A DNA stretch of 64,000 nucleotides from Alphaproteobacteria bacterium (GCA_964291265.2 OZ219747.1:2304001-2368000), one strand, 5' to 3'. Shown: positions 50,718 through 61,505, counted from the first letter of the stretch. Numbers and translations: made by a program. Notes: generated from the sequence alone by a model not told the origin.

Positions 50718-53700
50718 ATGTCTTGCCGTGTCGTCTGTTGTGCGGCCGCCGCGATGGAGGCGATGGTGATGGCCCGATTGACCTCGTTGAAGCCCGGTTC
50801 GGAACCGAACAGGGGAGCGGGATCGGGAACATAGAGAGGTTCCTGCGCCACGCCGTCGCGGACGAGAACCGCAGCCAGAATGAAGGTCTCGCCCGCATTG
50901 AGTGCCGTCAGGATCTCGTTGCGCGTCAGCGTGATGGTACGCGCATCGGCACGGCGCCCCTTGACTTCTATGAAGCGCAAACGGCCGGTCTCCGGCTCCC
51001 GGCTTTCGATGTCGTAGCCTCGATCTTCCGACGAGACATCGCGCGGTTCGTTGCCAAGACCGCGTTCGTGGGCCATGACCGCTTCCATCGCCATGGTCTC
51101 GGTTTCTGCGCGGGAAAGGGAATCATGCGTCGTATCCGGTGGATCCCCGCCGTCATCGTCGGTCGAGCCGTTGCCAAGCAGCCGCGCAGGCACGATGAGA
51201 GCGGCTCCGCAGATCTCCGGTGGCAGCGGTGCGATGTCGCGTTGGCGCTCGATGTCAGCAAGACGCCGCTGCAGTCGTTCGTAAAGTGTATCGACTTGCC
51301 GCCGGATGTTCGCGGAATTGAGTCGGGAGCGTTTGCCGGCGCATTCCTCCGCCTCGACCTCAAGCGCGCGGTGCGTGAGGTGGGTGATTTCCCGGCGCAT
51401 GCGGTCTTTCACCGCATCCTCGACCTTGTCGAGATCACCAAGGTGCTTCACCCTGACCTCGTCCAGGTGGCGTGGAACCAGATCGGAAATCGCGAGGGCA
51501 CGGGCACGGTCTTCGAGCGGGCCCTTGAGCCACGGATCGTCCAGCAGCGCCGCCACGACCTCCCGTTCGGCGCCATCCAACGGACGGCAGTCGAGGTAGG
51601 GAGCGGGGCCGCCTTCGGCGGCCCGTCCGTTCTCGTCCAGCCAGACGAACTGAAGGCGCTCGGAGACTATCTGCGGCTGACCATTGCGGACGGTGCGGCC
51701 ATCGCGGATCGCATGGCGAAGGGCAACAAGGACCCGCGGAGCGTCGTGCCTGTCCGCCACATCGACGAGCGCGGCGCCCCTGGTCAGTAGATCCCGGTAG
51801 CGTTCCAGGGTCAGGTCAATCAGAGCGTCGAGAAGAGGGTGGCCCGGCGCCACCAGGGCCGCCTGAGGCTGACCGGAGACATGTGTCTTGTCGAAGCAGA
51901 TGCGACGGTAGCGCTCGAGCACGGGGTCGCTGCGTCCGATGAGGCGATCACGGTCACGCAGCAACGGCGGGACGCGCATGATCTCGACGCGCCCCTTCTC
52001 CCGACGGCGCATTCGGCCGCCGGCCTCCGCCAACGCCACCTCGAAGAAGGAGCCGATGTGGTGAGGCTGGAGACGCGAAGCTGCAGCCCTCTCCATCGCA
52101 TCACGGACTCCACGTACGGTTGAAGGATCAAGACCCTCCCGGGTGAGCTTGTTGCGGGCCACGAGGTCGTTGATGTTGTCGATATCGACCTTGCCGTCGA
52201 TTGTCCGGAACAGATTGGCGCGAACCTCGGGCCTTTCGCCGTAGCGGATCGCTTCCATGAAGAGATCCTTCAGGGGTCTGTCCTCGAAGAGCTCACCGAG
52301 CACGTCATAGACCTTGCCGCCAAGCGCCTCCCGCGCGGTCTCCAGCTTCTCCAGGAGCCGCTGATAAACTGCGCCCTCGCGTGTCTCACTGGCCACGAGA
52401 TTCCACAGGTGGCACACCTCGGTCTGACCGATCCGGTGGATCCGGCCAAAACGCTGCTCCAAGCGGTTGGGATTCCATGGCAGATCGTAGTTGACCATCA
52501 GGTGACCTCCTCGCTGGAGGTTGACACCTTCGCCCGCAGCGTCGTTGGCCAGCAGGAAACGCAAGACGGGATCGTCGTTGAAGGCCGCAATGATGGCGCG
52601 CCGACGATCACGCGGAACACTGCCGTGGATGAGCTCGACACTTTCGGGGATGCCGGTGCGGTCGCGGATCCTGTTGGCCAGATAGGTCAGCGTGTCGCGG
52701 GCCTCAGCAAAGATGACGATCTTCCTTCGGGCGCCACCCTCCTGACCGAGCACCATCGGATCGTCGAGGATGCGATCAAGTTCACGCCACTTGGTGTCCT
52801 CGCCGGAGCGGCGCAGCGTGTGGGCCATCCCTTCGAGGCGCCGCAATTCCGCGATCTCCGCTTCGAGTTCGGTGATGGTCTGTGCGGCGGTGGCGCGATC
52901 AACCAGGCGGTCCTCGTGAACCTCCAGTTCCTCGCCCGTAGCCTCCTCGAAGTCGTTTTCGTCGAAGCTGAGCTCCGTCGCTACCGATGACAACCGGTCA
53001 CGCACCGGTGGGTTCTTCCGGCCGTGTCTTTCTTCCACAAGCCTCGCCTCCAACCGCGCCAGACGGCGCTTCATCGATTCATGAATGGCCGCAGGCGAGG
53101 ACGCCAGGCGGCGCTGCAGGATCTGCAAGGCAAAGCCGATGTTGTTGCGGCGCTTCGCGCCATCAACAGCCAGACGGTCCGCACGGTTCATCTCCTCGCG
53201 CACATAGCGGGTGACGGCCTCATAGAGTTCGGCCTCCCTTTCCGACAACTCGTATGAGACGGTATAGGCGCGGCGCTCCGGAAACAGAGGCCTGCTGTCG
53301 AACCGGTAGAGTTCTTCCTTGGTGAGCCGCCGCATCATGTCCGACGGATCAACCTTGCGCACACCCTGCCGGAAACGCCCCTCGAAACGGTCGGCATCGA
53401 GGAGACCCATGAAGAGCTGGAAATCCTCCTCCTTGCCGTTGTGCGGCGTTGCCGTCATCAACAGGAGATGGCGAGTCAGACGGCCTGCCAGGGAACCCAA
53501 TTGAAAGCGCTTGGTGTATCGAACCTCCTGGCCAAAGAAGGAGGCCGACATGCGATGGGCTTCATCGCACACGATCAGGTCCCAGGGCGGCGCCTTCTCG
53601 AGCTTTGCCCGGAGATCGTCGTTGCGAGCAAGCATGTCGAGGCGCGCGATCAACCGCTGCCCTTCGGCAAAGGGATTGCCGGTCACAGAGGTCTCCACTC

Positions 53701-54253
53701 GCTCACGGCTCACGATGTCGAACGCAAGATCGAACTTGTCACTGAGTTCATCCTGCCATTGTTCGACCAGGCTGCCGGGCGCGATGATGAGACAGCGCTC
53801 AAGGCTGCCCCTGAGCAGAAGCTCCTTGATGAGCAGTCCAGCCATGACCGTCTTGCCGGCCCCGGGATCGTCGGCCAGAAGAAAGCGCAGTGGCTGACGC
53901 TCCAGCATCGTGCCGTAGACCGCCGTCAACTGGTGAGGCAGGGGTTCAATGTGTGACGCATTGACCGCCGCGTAGGGATCAAAGAGGTGGGCAAGGCGAA
54001 TACGAAGCGCCTCCGCGGCAAGCCTGAAGAGATGCCCATCACCATCGAAGGCAAACCGTCTGGCGGGAACAACTTCGCTCAATCGGGGTTCGTCATCGCG
54101 ATAGAGGACCCGCTGGCCCAGACCGGCCGGCCCTTTCCAGGTTATCTCAACCGCATCGGTGCCATAGGCGCGCGTGGCGACAATCTCCACCGCTCCTTCA
54201 CCGACGAGGCCCGTGAGGCGGCTGCCCTGCACAATGTTCTCAAGCCTTATCAT
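50714..54253 (-). CDS. SNF2-family helicase with C-terminal DUF3883 nuclease-like domain
   Basis: LADDPGAGKT, DEAH, TATPH, EGVNLQ, EQRFGRIHRIGQ, GYDIES..FIEVKGR..LTRNE. Confidence 0.93.
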   Translation of the reverse strand: MIRLENIVQGSRLTGLVGEGAVEIVATRAYGTDAVEITWKGPAGLGQRVLYRDDEPRLSEVVPARRFAFDGDGHLFRLAAEALRIRLAHLFDPYAAVNASHIEPLPHQLTAVYGTMLERQPLRFLLADDPGAGKTVMAGLLIKELLLRGSLERCLIIAPGSLVEQWQDELSDKFDLAFDIVSRERVETSVTGNPFAEGQRLIARLDMLARNDDLRAKLEKAPPWDLIVCDEAHRMSASFFGQEVRYTKRFQLGSLAGRLTRHLLLMTATPHNGKEEDFQLFMGLLDADRFEGRFRQGVRKVDPSDMMRRLTKEELYRFDSRPLFPERRAYTVSYELSEREAELYEAVTRYVREEMNRADRLAVDGAKRRNNIGFALQILQRRLASSPAAIHESMKRRLARLEARLVEERHGRKNPPVRDRLSSVATELSFDENDFEEATGEELEVHEDRLVDRATAAQTITELEAEIAELRRLEGMAHTLRRSGEDTKWRELDRILDDPMVLGQEGGARRKIVIFAEARDTLTYLANRIRDRTGIPESVELIHGSVPRDRRRAIIAAFNDDPVLRFLLANDAAGEGVNLQRGGHLMVNYDLPWNPNRLEQRFGRIHRIGQTEVCHLWNLVASETREGAVYQRLLEKLETAREALGGKVYDVLGELFEDRPLKDLFMEAIRYGERPEVRANLFRTIDGKVDIDNINDLVARNKLTREGLDPSTVRGVRDAMERAAASRLQPHHIGSFFEVALAEAGGRMRRREKGRVEIMRVPPLLRDRDRLIGRSDPVLERYRRICFDKTHVSGQPQAALVAPGHPLLDALIDLTLERYRDLLTRGAALVDVADRHDAPRVLVALRHAIRDGRTVRNGQPQIVSERLQFVWLDENGRAAEGGPAPYLDCRPLDGAEREVVAALLDDPWLKGPLEDRARALAISDLVPRHLDEVRVKHLGDLDKVEDAVKDRMRREITHLTHRALEVEAEECAGKRSRLNSANIRRQVDTLYERLQRRLADIERQRDIAPLPPEICGAALIVPARLLGNGSTDDDGGDPPDTTHDSLSRAETETMAMEAVMAHERGLGNEPRDVSSEDRGYDIESREPETGRLRFIEVKGRRADARTITLTRNEILTALNAGETFILAAVLVRDGVAQEPLYVPDPAPLFGSEPGFNEVNRAITIASIAAAAQQTTRQDI

Positions 54254-54413
54254 GTCGAAGGAATACACCGCTTTACGTGAATGGCGCTATTGAAAGATTG
54301 TAATAACTACTCACCCCTTGTTGGGGTCTGACGGGGCACCATGTAGTAAGCCTTCGGTCACGCAGTGACAGGGACACAACGGAACTGATCGAGCACGAGC
54401 GAGACCCCTAGCC

Positions 54414-56829
54414 CTGCCGAGTAATGACAATTACGACGTGACGTCAAGGGTCTGAATGTGTTGCAAGGGTTGCCGCTGTCCGGCCCGGAAGCCGACTTGA
54501 TGGCCAAGAACGGCGCTGGTCAGGCGGGTCGCGCCGTGCCACATGATCTGGTGTCCGGGCTCGGGATCATGCTTGCGATCCTGGTACCCGCCGAGATGGG
54601 CCACCAGGCGGACGGCATCCTCGAGGCGGTCGGGCGGCGTCATGCGCTTCTCGGCGGCGTAGTCGCGCAGGAAGCTCAGCTCTTGATCGGTGAACATCAG
54701 CTCGGGCTCACAGTCGGGAACCTGCCGTCCGAGCAGGGTCATGACCATGATGCGCCAGGCGATGACGGCGTTGATGGCGATGGCCCGCTGCAGTCGTTCT
54801 GCGGTCCGGAACAGCAGGAACTCGGTGCGACAGCCTGACTTGAGGACGCGGAAGAAGTCTTCGACCTTCCATCTCTGGAGGTAGAAGCCGACCATCCTGG
54901 CGGCATCCTCGGCGCTGCGCACCTTGAGCGTGGTGAGCAGGAACCACTGCACCGGGTTCTCGCCCTCGGGAGGATCGGTTTCGATGATGTGGACACCGGA
55001 AAGGGCGAGCGGCGCCCGGCCTTCGAGGGTGGAGGGCAAGGTCACGCGGCGGAACCGCAGTGCGCACTGAGCCACGCGTTTGCGTCGGGCCGCACGCGCC
55101 TTCGTTCGGCTCGCCTTCGGACGCTCGCTCAGGCCGTCGACCTCGACGGTGACGCCGCCGTCGGGCGGGCCTGCGCTCAAGGTTGCAAACAGCTTTGCGC
55201 GCCCCTTGCCGAGAACCCGGTCATGTCGGGCTCGGACCAGAAGCCCGACCCGTGGGTTGAGACGTTGATGATCGAACAGCTCGAAGAAGTCCGCTTCCCG
55301 ATCACAGACCGAGATCACGCGCGTCGTGCTTGCGACGTCGCGAACCGCTTCGTCGATGTCCTTGAAGCCTTCCATCCAGCGTCGGCTCTTCAACCGCTCC
55401 TCGGCCGCCGGGGAGCGCTGCTTCACCGCATCGAACCCCAGACGCAGAACCCCGAGCGGCAACCCCGTCTCGCTCACCGCCAGCGTCGCATGCAGGTGCA
55501 AACCCCGGGCCGACGAGGAGGTCTGGTTCTTGCCGATGACCTGAAGACCTTCGCATCCCGGCCGCCGGGAGAAATTGAGGTCGCTCCCGTCCTGGATCGC
55601 CAGCACGGTCGTTTGACCCTGGATGCGCCGGATCGTGCGCTCCCGATGCGGAGCAAGAATGTTCGCCACCGTCACCGCACTCTCCACCGGCTTCTCGATC
55701 AGGCGGTAGAAAGCACTGATCGCCGTGTTGTCGGCATCCGTGCTCGCGTGAATCTTGGAACCGGGACAGGAGGCCAGAAGAGCCGCACTCTTCACCAGGC
55801 GTGCCGACAGTCGCTTGTCACCCAAGGGAGCCCCTCCGAATTCGTTCGCCGCCCACACCGCACCATCCAGACCGTCTCCGGGTCCCAGCGACCAGGCAGG
55901 GTCGACCGGACCCACTCCCAGCTTGCGTCGCCAGCGCCGATCCAGACCGCGCATCCAGACCGTCTTGACGGTCTTGGCAGCGCGATGGTGACGATCCTGA
56001 CGACCCCGACCCTTCGTCCGCCCCGCACACACGAAGTTCGCAGCCCGCAGGCAGGTCCCGGCATAGCCCTCGTCCGCATAGGTTTCCACCACCAGGGGAC
56101 GGAACCCATACCGGGCCTCGAAATCCCTCGGTAGGCGCCGGAGAAGTCGCCCCAGAACATGGCTCGCCAGGTGCCGGCACCGCACCCGAAGCAGAAACCG
56201 GCTCAGACAGACCACCCGCTGGAGATGATCCCGCCGCTGGGACGGCGTCCATGCCATCCAGCGGTCGCGGGCCTCGCCCGTCAACGCCGCCGCCGAGATC
56301 CCGACCGCACCCAGGATCCCGTGCTCCGACGTCACAAGATAGCGCACCTGACAGCCGGCAAACGTCGTCATGCCATGAGGATGCTCGCGCGCCATCAACG
56401 TGTTCCATACCGTTCGCTCCGAAACCTCGGTCACCACCGACAGTTGCACCTGCGCAATCCCGGACAGACGGGACGGCACCCCGACCGGCAGCGGCACTTC
56501 TCCGTCAAGAAGACGCGGAGAGTTGTCCACGGCAGCAGCCTGCGGTGCCGGAAGCCGGATCTCCGGATACGACGATGCCAACGTGGTCAGGGCCTTCAGA
56601 CAACTCGACAGCTGCCAACGCCCGGCCGCGTCCCGGAACGAAAACTCTTCGCATACCCGGCGGCTCGCAGCCCGACGGCCAGAGTGCTGCTCCTGCGACA
56701 GGATGGCAGCAACGCGCGCCCGGGCCCCGTCCTCGCGCAGAGTGTGAAGAATGCTGGATTGTGCCATCATGGCGGCAAGCTAGCGCAGACCGAGCGGCAC
56801 GTCCAGACCTAATTTTCATGACATGGCAG
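54414..56829 (-). mobile_element. IS4-family insertion sequence
   Basis: 20-bp TIRs CTGCCGAGTAATGACAATTA / CTGCCATGTCATGAAAATTA (16/20); 8-bp TSD CCCTAGCC at 54406-54413 and 56830-56837. Confidence 0.88.
54431..56770 (-). CDS. IS4/IS50-like DDE transposase fused to an N-terminal DUF4338 domain
   Basis: DUF4338-like SRFLL..LASHVLG..LVVETY..GTCLRAANF..GRTKGRGR, then LGDKRL, IQDGSD, CDREAD, YLQRWKVEDFFRVLKSGC. Confidence 0.88.
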   Translation of the reverse strand: MMAQSSILHTLREDGARARVAAILSQEQHSGRRAASRRVCEEFSFRDAAGRWQLSSCLKALTTLASSYPEIRLPAPQAAAVDNSPRLLDGEVPLPVGVPSRLSGIAQVQLSVVTEVSERTVWNTLMAREHPHGMTTFAGCQVRYLVTSEHGILGAVGISAAALTGEARDRWMAWTPSQRRDHLQRVVCLSRFLLRVRCRHLASHVLGRLLRRLPRDFEARYGFRPLVVETYADEGYAGTCLRAANFVCAGRTKGRGRQDRHHRAAKTVKTVWMRGLDRRWRRKLGVGPVDPAWSLGPGDGLDGAVWAANEFGGAPLGDKRLSARLVKSAALLASCPGSKIHASTDADNTAISAFYRLIEKPVESAVTVANILAPHRERTIRRIQGQTTVLAIQDGSDLNFSRRPGCEGLQVIGKNQTSSSARGLHLHATLAVSETGLPLGVLRLGFDAVKQRSPAAEERLKSRRWMEGFKDIDEAVRDVASTTRVISVCDREADFFELFDHQRLNPRVGLLVRARHDRVLGKGRAKLFATLSAGPPDGGVTVEVDGLSERPKASRTKARAARRKRVAQCALRFRRVTLPSTLEGRAPLALSGVHIIETDPPEGENPVQWFLLTTLKVRSAEDAARMVGFYLQRWKVEDFFRVLKSGCRTEFLLFRTAERLQRAIAINAVIAWRIMVMTLLGRQVPDCEPELMFTDQELSFLRDYAAEKRMTPPDRLEDAVRLVAHLGGYQDRKHDPEPGHQIMWHGATRLTSAVLGHQVGFRAGQRQPLQHIQTLDVTS

Positions 56830-56835
56830 CCCTAG

Positions 56836-58619
56836 CCCGGATTTGTCACCAAGTTTCCTATTGATGGGGATGGGGTTTGTGATATATGCACAAGACCAAT
56901 GAGTTACATACACCAAGGAGCCCATCCACATGGCGACACAGTGTTCAGCACAACAACTGGAGTTTGAAGGTCTCGGACGGCGGCAGATTGTGGCTAATTT
57001 CGATGGTGGCCGCATGACCTCCGACGGTGGTGCGCTTCTGTTGCGGGAAGCAGACAGGCTTTTCAACGTGACGGAGCGTGTCGCTGGCGCTTTTGTTGAT
57101 TATCGTGATCCCAGTCGCATTGAACACGATGTGACGACACTGGTGGCGCAGCGCATCATCGCTTTGGCTCTGGGTTACGAGGGTCTCAACGATCATGACC
57201 GTCTGCGTGACGACCCTGCTCTGGCCCTGGCTTGCGGGATCGACGATGTGGAGGGAGAGAGACGGGTTCGCGAGCGGGACCGTGGACATGTGCTGGCGGC
57301 CTCGAGCACGCTGAACCGCCTGGAACTCGGCGATCCGCATGAGGCGAGCCTGGACCGCTACAAGAAGATCGTGGCCGATCACGAAGCACTGGACTGTCTT
57401 CTTGTGGACCTGTTTCTGGAGAGCCATGCGGAACCGCCCAAGGAGATTGTTCTGGATCTTGATGCCACCGACGATCCGGTGCATGGCGACCAGGAGGGCA
57501 AGTACTTCCACGGCTATGACGACCACCATGGCTTCCTGCCGCTGTTCGTCGTCTGCGGCGAGCACATCCTGCGCTGCCGGTTGCGGACGGCCGACCATGG
57601 CGCGGCGGATGGCTCGGTGGATGAGCTGTCACGGATCGTTGAGCAGATCCGCGGCACGTGGCCCCGGACACGGATCGTGGTGCGGGGGGATGCCGACTTC
57701 GGCACGGACGACATCATGGTCTGGTGCGAGGACCATGGTGTCGACTATGTCTTTGGATAGGGTCAGAATCCTCGCTTGAACAGCATGGTCACGAAGGCAC
57801 TCAACAAGTCGAGGCGGCGTTGTCTGGTGTCCGGCAAGCCATCCAGACGGTATCGGGATCTGCGGTATCGCACGCAGAAGTCATGGTCCCGCGAGCGGCG
57901 AGTGGTGGCCAAGGCGGAATGGCTACCGGGACCGCGCGGCAAGAACGCTCGTTACATTGTGACGAGCATCTCCAGGAAGGAGGTCGGCGCTCGGGAACTC
58001 TATGAGCAGTTGTACTGTGCTCGGGGAGACATGGAGAACCGGATCAAGGATCAGCAGTTGTGGCTGTTCTCCGATCGCACGTCGTGCCATGTCATGCGGG
58101 CCAACCAGCTGCGCATGTACTTCTCGGCCTTTGCCGGCGCCCTCGTCGACATCCTGCGCCGTGTCGGCCTGCACGGCACCGAGTGTGCCCGCTGGCGCGT
58201 CGACACCATACGCTCCCGGTTGTTCAAGCTTGCCGGCAGGGTGACGAAGACGGTGCGCCGGCTTCGCCTCTCCTTTGCCTCGATCTTCCCCTTGCAGGAG
58301 GTGTTCGCCCGCACTCTCGTCAACCTGCGTGCCGCGGCCCAGGCGCCGCCGCCGGGATAGCTTGTGCTGCATCCCATCACAGTCTGATCACAGCGTCTCC
58401 CGAAGGCGTCGCCAGGGGTGTGCCTGGCGCATGTCCCGGCATAGACACGAACGCCAAAAAACGGCTTTCGGCTCCCTTGGCCTGCCAAAATGAGCCGAAA
58501 AACTATCCCAAATGCGACACGATTCCGCCAACAGCGCAATCAAAGTGAACCTTGTCTGCGCCCGAGGCTGAAGATTACGCCATCATTCCACTATCATTCC
58601 CCTTGGTGACGGAACCGGG
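56836..58619 (+). mobile_element. IS1380-family insertion sequence
   Basis: 18-bp TIRs CCCGGATTTGTCACCAAG / CCCGGTTCCGTCACCAAG (15/18); CTAG on both flanks (56832-56835, 58620-58623). Confidence 0.88.
56930..58360 (+). pseudogene. IS1380 transposase with one in-frame TAG at 57758-57760
   Basis: FDGGRMTSDGGALLL, LDLDATDD, RGDADF, then YCARGDMENRIKD in the same frame after the stop. Confidence 0.9.
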
Positions 58620-58885
58620 CTAGACAGTGCGTAGTTGCCACTGTCATCCTCATCAACATCGCCCTTTGACCGAACGTTCACCTTCAGGCTAAGCTTTGAC
58701 TGCGTGTGCCCTCCCTACGCGCCGTGTTCGCTGTGCCGTCTCGTACCACTCCGAGCTTGATTGGTGAACGGTAAGGCGTAAATATAGCCTTTTAAGCAGG
58801 ACGGCGGCACCCCATCGGGCGGGCTAGGATAAGTCCTGCTTTTCTGGTTGTCGACTAGGGACGTAGGATATTTAGGAGTACATAT

Positions 58886-60088
58886 GTGATGCCAAGAATT
58901 AGTCGTGGAAAAGGACGAGAGCGACGACTGCGTGAGAGACTCTTTGACGCAGGGAACAATAGATGCCCAATATGTCTTTCCGTCTTTAATCGATCAGATG
59001 TATCGAATGGAACAAGCGTGACGCTTGAACACGCGCCACCCAAGTCATTAGGAGGAAATCCGATATGTTTGACCTGCAAGGCTTGCAACAACAAGACAAG
59101 CAAAGCAGACCATCACGCATTCTTGTCTGCAAAAGCTAGAGATGAGTGGGCGGGAGGCCAAGGATCTCCCATTGACGTGAATTTTCTGGGCCATAAGAGA
59201 AAATACAGGTTTATCCCCAAAAATTCAAACGCTCCGTTTCCGGCACAGAAACACCTGTTTCAAAGCGGCATCATTAAACTAGATGCGTTACCATCGAAAT
59301 TGGACTTGTGTGCATATGAAGGAATCAGTTTCAAGATTCCACACCGCGACGACTTTGAATTTGTGAGCATGATTAAATCCGCCTATCTAATGGTTTTCGC
59401 TCTAATGGGTACACATGGATATCAATTCGCTGAAAATGTTGGAGTTCGTTTAATCAGAGAACAAATAATGAACCCTGAAGAGAAAATACTTAAAGGCGGT
59501 TTTGTCGGTGAAATGAAAGTTGATTCCGAGGACTTCCGCAAAATTGATAGGACAATAGTTTTCTTGCTCAATACAAGCCCCTATCCAATTTGGATAGTGC
59601 CGATGTCGCATGGTAGGATAGTTGTTTTGCCATCTGGCAACGCAGAACCAATCAATGAGTTAGTGATGAGTCCGAAACGAGTTGATGTTTCACTTGGCAA
59701 TTTGACTGGGTGGATATCGAGAAAGTTCAGTGATTCATCTGCAATTGGAGGCCCTATCAGAGAGTGGGGGAGCGACTTGCAAAAAACATCACTGGTGGGT
59801 ACTTTTGCCGGACCTATTCCCACAAGTAGGGAGCATTGGCGGTTTATTGTTGTTTTTTGTCAGGCGCAAAGGTATGTGGCATTGCCATTTTCTCCAATGG
59901 ACTGTCTTGACGAGGACTGTTCTGATGATTTAGATTTCATCAATGTAGTTGATATGTTTGGCGAGCCGGAGGTTAGGGGGAGAAAATTGGATAGGAGTCA
60001 ACTCACAACTACCGGCTTTTCTCATGCGAGAGAAATTACTATGGTCCGCAAGACAGGGAATGATGAACAAGGCTTTAAGGAGGATTAA
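58886..60088 (+). CDS. HNH endonuclease domain protein, AT-rich
   Basis: CPIC...TLEHAPPKSLGG...CKACNN; AGGAG RBS; visibly lower GC than the flanks. Confidence 0.82.
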   Translation: MMPRISRGKGRERRLRERLFDAGNNRCPICLSVFNRSDVSNGTSVTLEHAPPKSLGGNPICLTCKACNNKTSKADHHAFLSAKARDEWAGGQGSPIDVNFLGHKRKYRFIPKNSNAPFPAQKHLFQSGIIKLDALPSKLDLCAYEGISFKIPHRDDFEFVSMIKSAYLMVFALMGTHGYQFAENVGVRLIREQIMNPEEKILKGGFVGEMKVDSEDFRKIDRTIVFLLNTSPYPIWIVPMSHGRIVVLPSGNAEPINELVMSPKRVDVSLGNLTGWISRKFSDSSAIGGPIREWGSDLQKTSLVGTFAGPIPTSREHWRFIVVFCQAQRYVALPFSPMDCLDEDCSDDLDFINVVDMFGEPEVRGRKLDRSQLTTTGFSHAREITMVRKTGNDEQGFKED

Positions 60089-60347
60089 GAGACATAAAGT
60101 GTGTTAAGCTGAATTTCGCCGGGCGGTAATCGAACCATTCCTTGAGGTGACCACGGTTGCCCTCCAGCACCGCCAGCTCCAATACGAACCCACCCGTGCG
60201 GTCGGGGCGATACCAAGTTCCACGACGACCTCGACCTGATGTGTGTCACCTTCGATGTATTGTTGCCGCCCGAGGATCAGACCGCGAACCAGTGTCAAAC
60301 GCGTGGTGGTCGAACGAAACCGGGCTGTCCTGAGACGGAGCCTGGCC

Positions 60348-61505
60348 TCAGGATTCCGTGCCCGATGCCATGATCTGTGTCATGACGTTCCCGACCCGCT
60401 CCGCCGCCGCCTCGACATCCCTGTCCGCAACGTGGGCATAGCGCAGGGTCATTGACACTTGGCGGTGACCGAGGAGTTTCGCCACTGTCGGAAGTGGCAC
60501 ACCATTCAGGACAGCCTGGCTGGCAAAGTTGTGTCGCAGGTCATGCAGACGCACATCCTCGATGCCGGCCCGTTTGCGGAGGGTAATCCACATCTGATCG
60601 ACGCTCGATATGGGTGCGGTTGGATCGCAGGGCGACGGAAAGACATGATCGCTGCCCGCCCTGGGCTGACGAGCAATGATCCGGCGGGCCTTGCTGTTGA
60701 GGTAGACTTTCCGTGGTCCGGTCTTGCTGTCGGCAAGATCGAGCGTGTCGGTTCCGACTTCGGACCACCTGAGGGTTCGGATTTCGCTGCAACGGCATCC
60801 CGTATAGAAGAGCAGGCGAATGATGTCTGCCTGAGCCGATCGCCCCGGGCGTTCGGCGACCAACCGGTCCAGTTCGGCATGCAGGCGACGGGCCTCGTCC
60901 CGGGACAGGAACCGGTTGAACCTGCGTTGCGGGTTCCGGCGAATTCCGTTTGCTGGATTGGTCTCGAGATGACCATGAACCGCCGCGTGGTTGAGAATTT
61001 GGCGCAAGGTGTCAAGAGTCCTGTTAGCACCACCGGGCGCCGTCGCGCTGTAGCGGTCGAACCAGGCCATCACCTCCTTGCGTGTGATCCGGTCCAGCGG
61101 CATGTCGCCGAAGGTCGGCAACAGTTGATGTGTTAGTACGCTGTCGGTGCTGCGCCGGGTGTTGGGCTTGAGACGACCGAAACACTCGGAACGCCAGACA
61201 CCTGCGACAAAGTCGCCGAAGAGAGGTACGGGAACCAGGGGAGTGTCCACCAGCGGTTCCATGTCGCCGGACTGGATGGCGAGACACCGGGAGCGCGCTT
61301 CCTCGACAGACATGCTTGTCACGGGACCCAGCGTCCGGCGTTTCGAGGAACCGTGCCGGGAGTTCAGGACAACGAACGACTTGTGGCCGGAAGACCGCAC
61401 CCTGACGCCAAGGCCCATAATCCGCGTGTCCCATACGGTATACTCGACGGGCATCGTCGCAAGGCGCGCAATGGTGCGATCACTCAACCGCATCTTTCGT
61501 TTCAT
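60348..61505 (-). CDS. Tyrosine recombinase/integrase 2 with arm-binding N-terminus
   Basis: WDTRIMGLGVRV, TGCRCSEI, DSKTG, HDLRHNFAS, LLGH, TLRYAH. Confidence 0.95.
   Translation of the reverse strand: MKRKMRLSDRTIARLATMPVEYTVWDTRIMGLGVRVRSSGHKSFVVLNSRHGSSKRRTLGPVTSMSVEEARSRCLAIQSGDMEPLVDTPLVPVPLFGDFVAGVWRSECFGRLKPNTRRSTDSVLTHQLLPTFGDMPLDRITRKEVMAWFDRYSATAPGGANRTLDTLRQILNHAAVHGHLETNPANGIRRNPQRRFNRFLSRDEARRLHAELDRLVAERPGRSAQADIIRLLFYTGCRCSEIRTLRWSEVGTDTLDLADSKTGPRKVYLNSKARRIIARQPRAGSDHVFPSPCDPTAPISSVDQMWITLRKRAGIEDVRLHDLRHNFASQAVLNGVPLPTVAKLLGHRQVSMTLRYAHVADRDVEAAAERVGNVMTQIMASGTES

Noticed and set aside
57758-57760. Programmed readthrough of the IS1380 TAG
   Set aside because: A single TTG-to-TAG change in YVFG(L) is simpler, and no recoding signal is seen.
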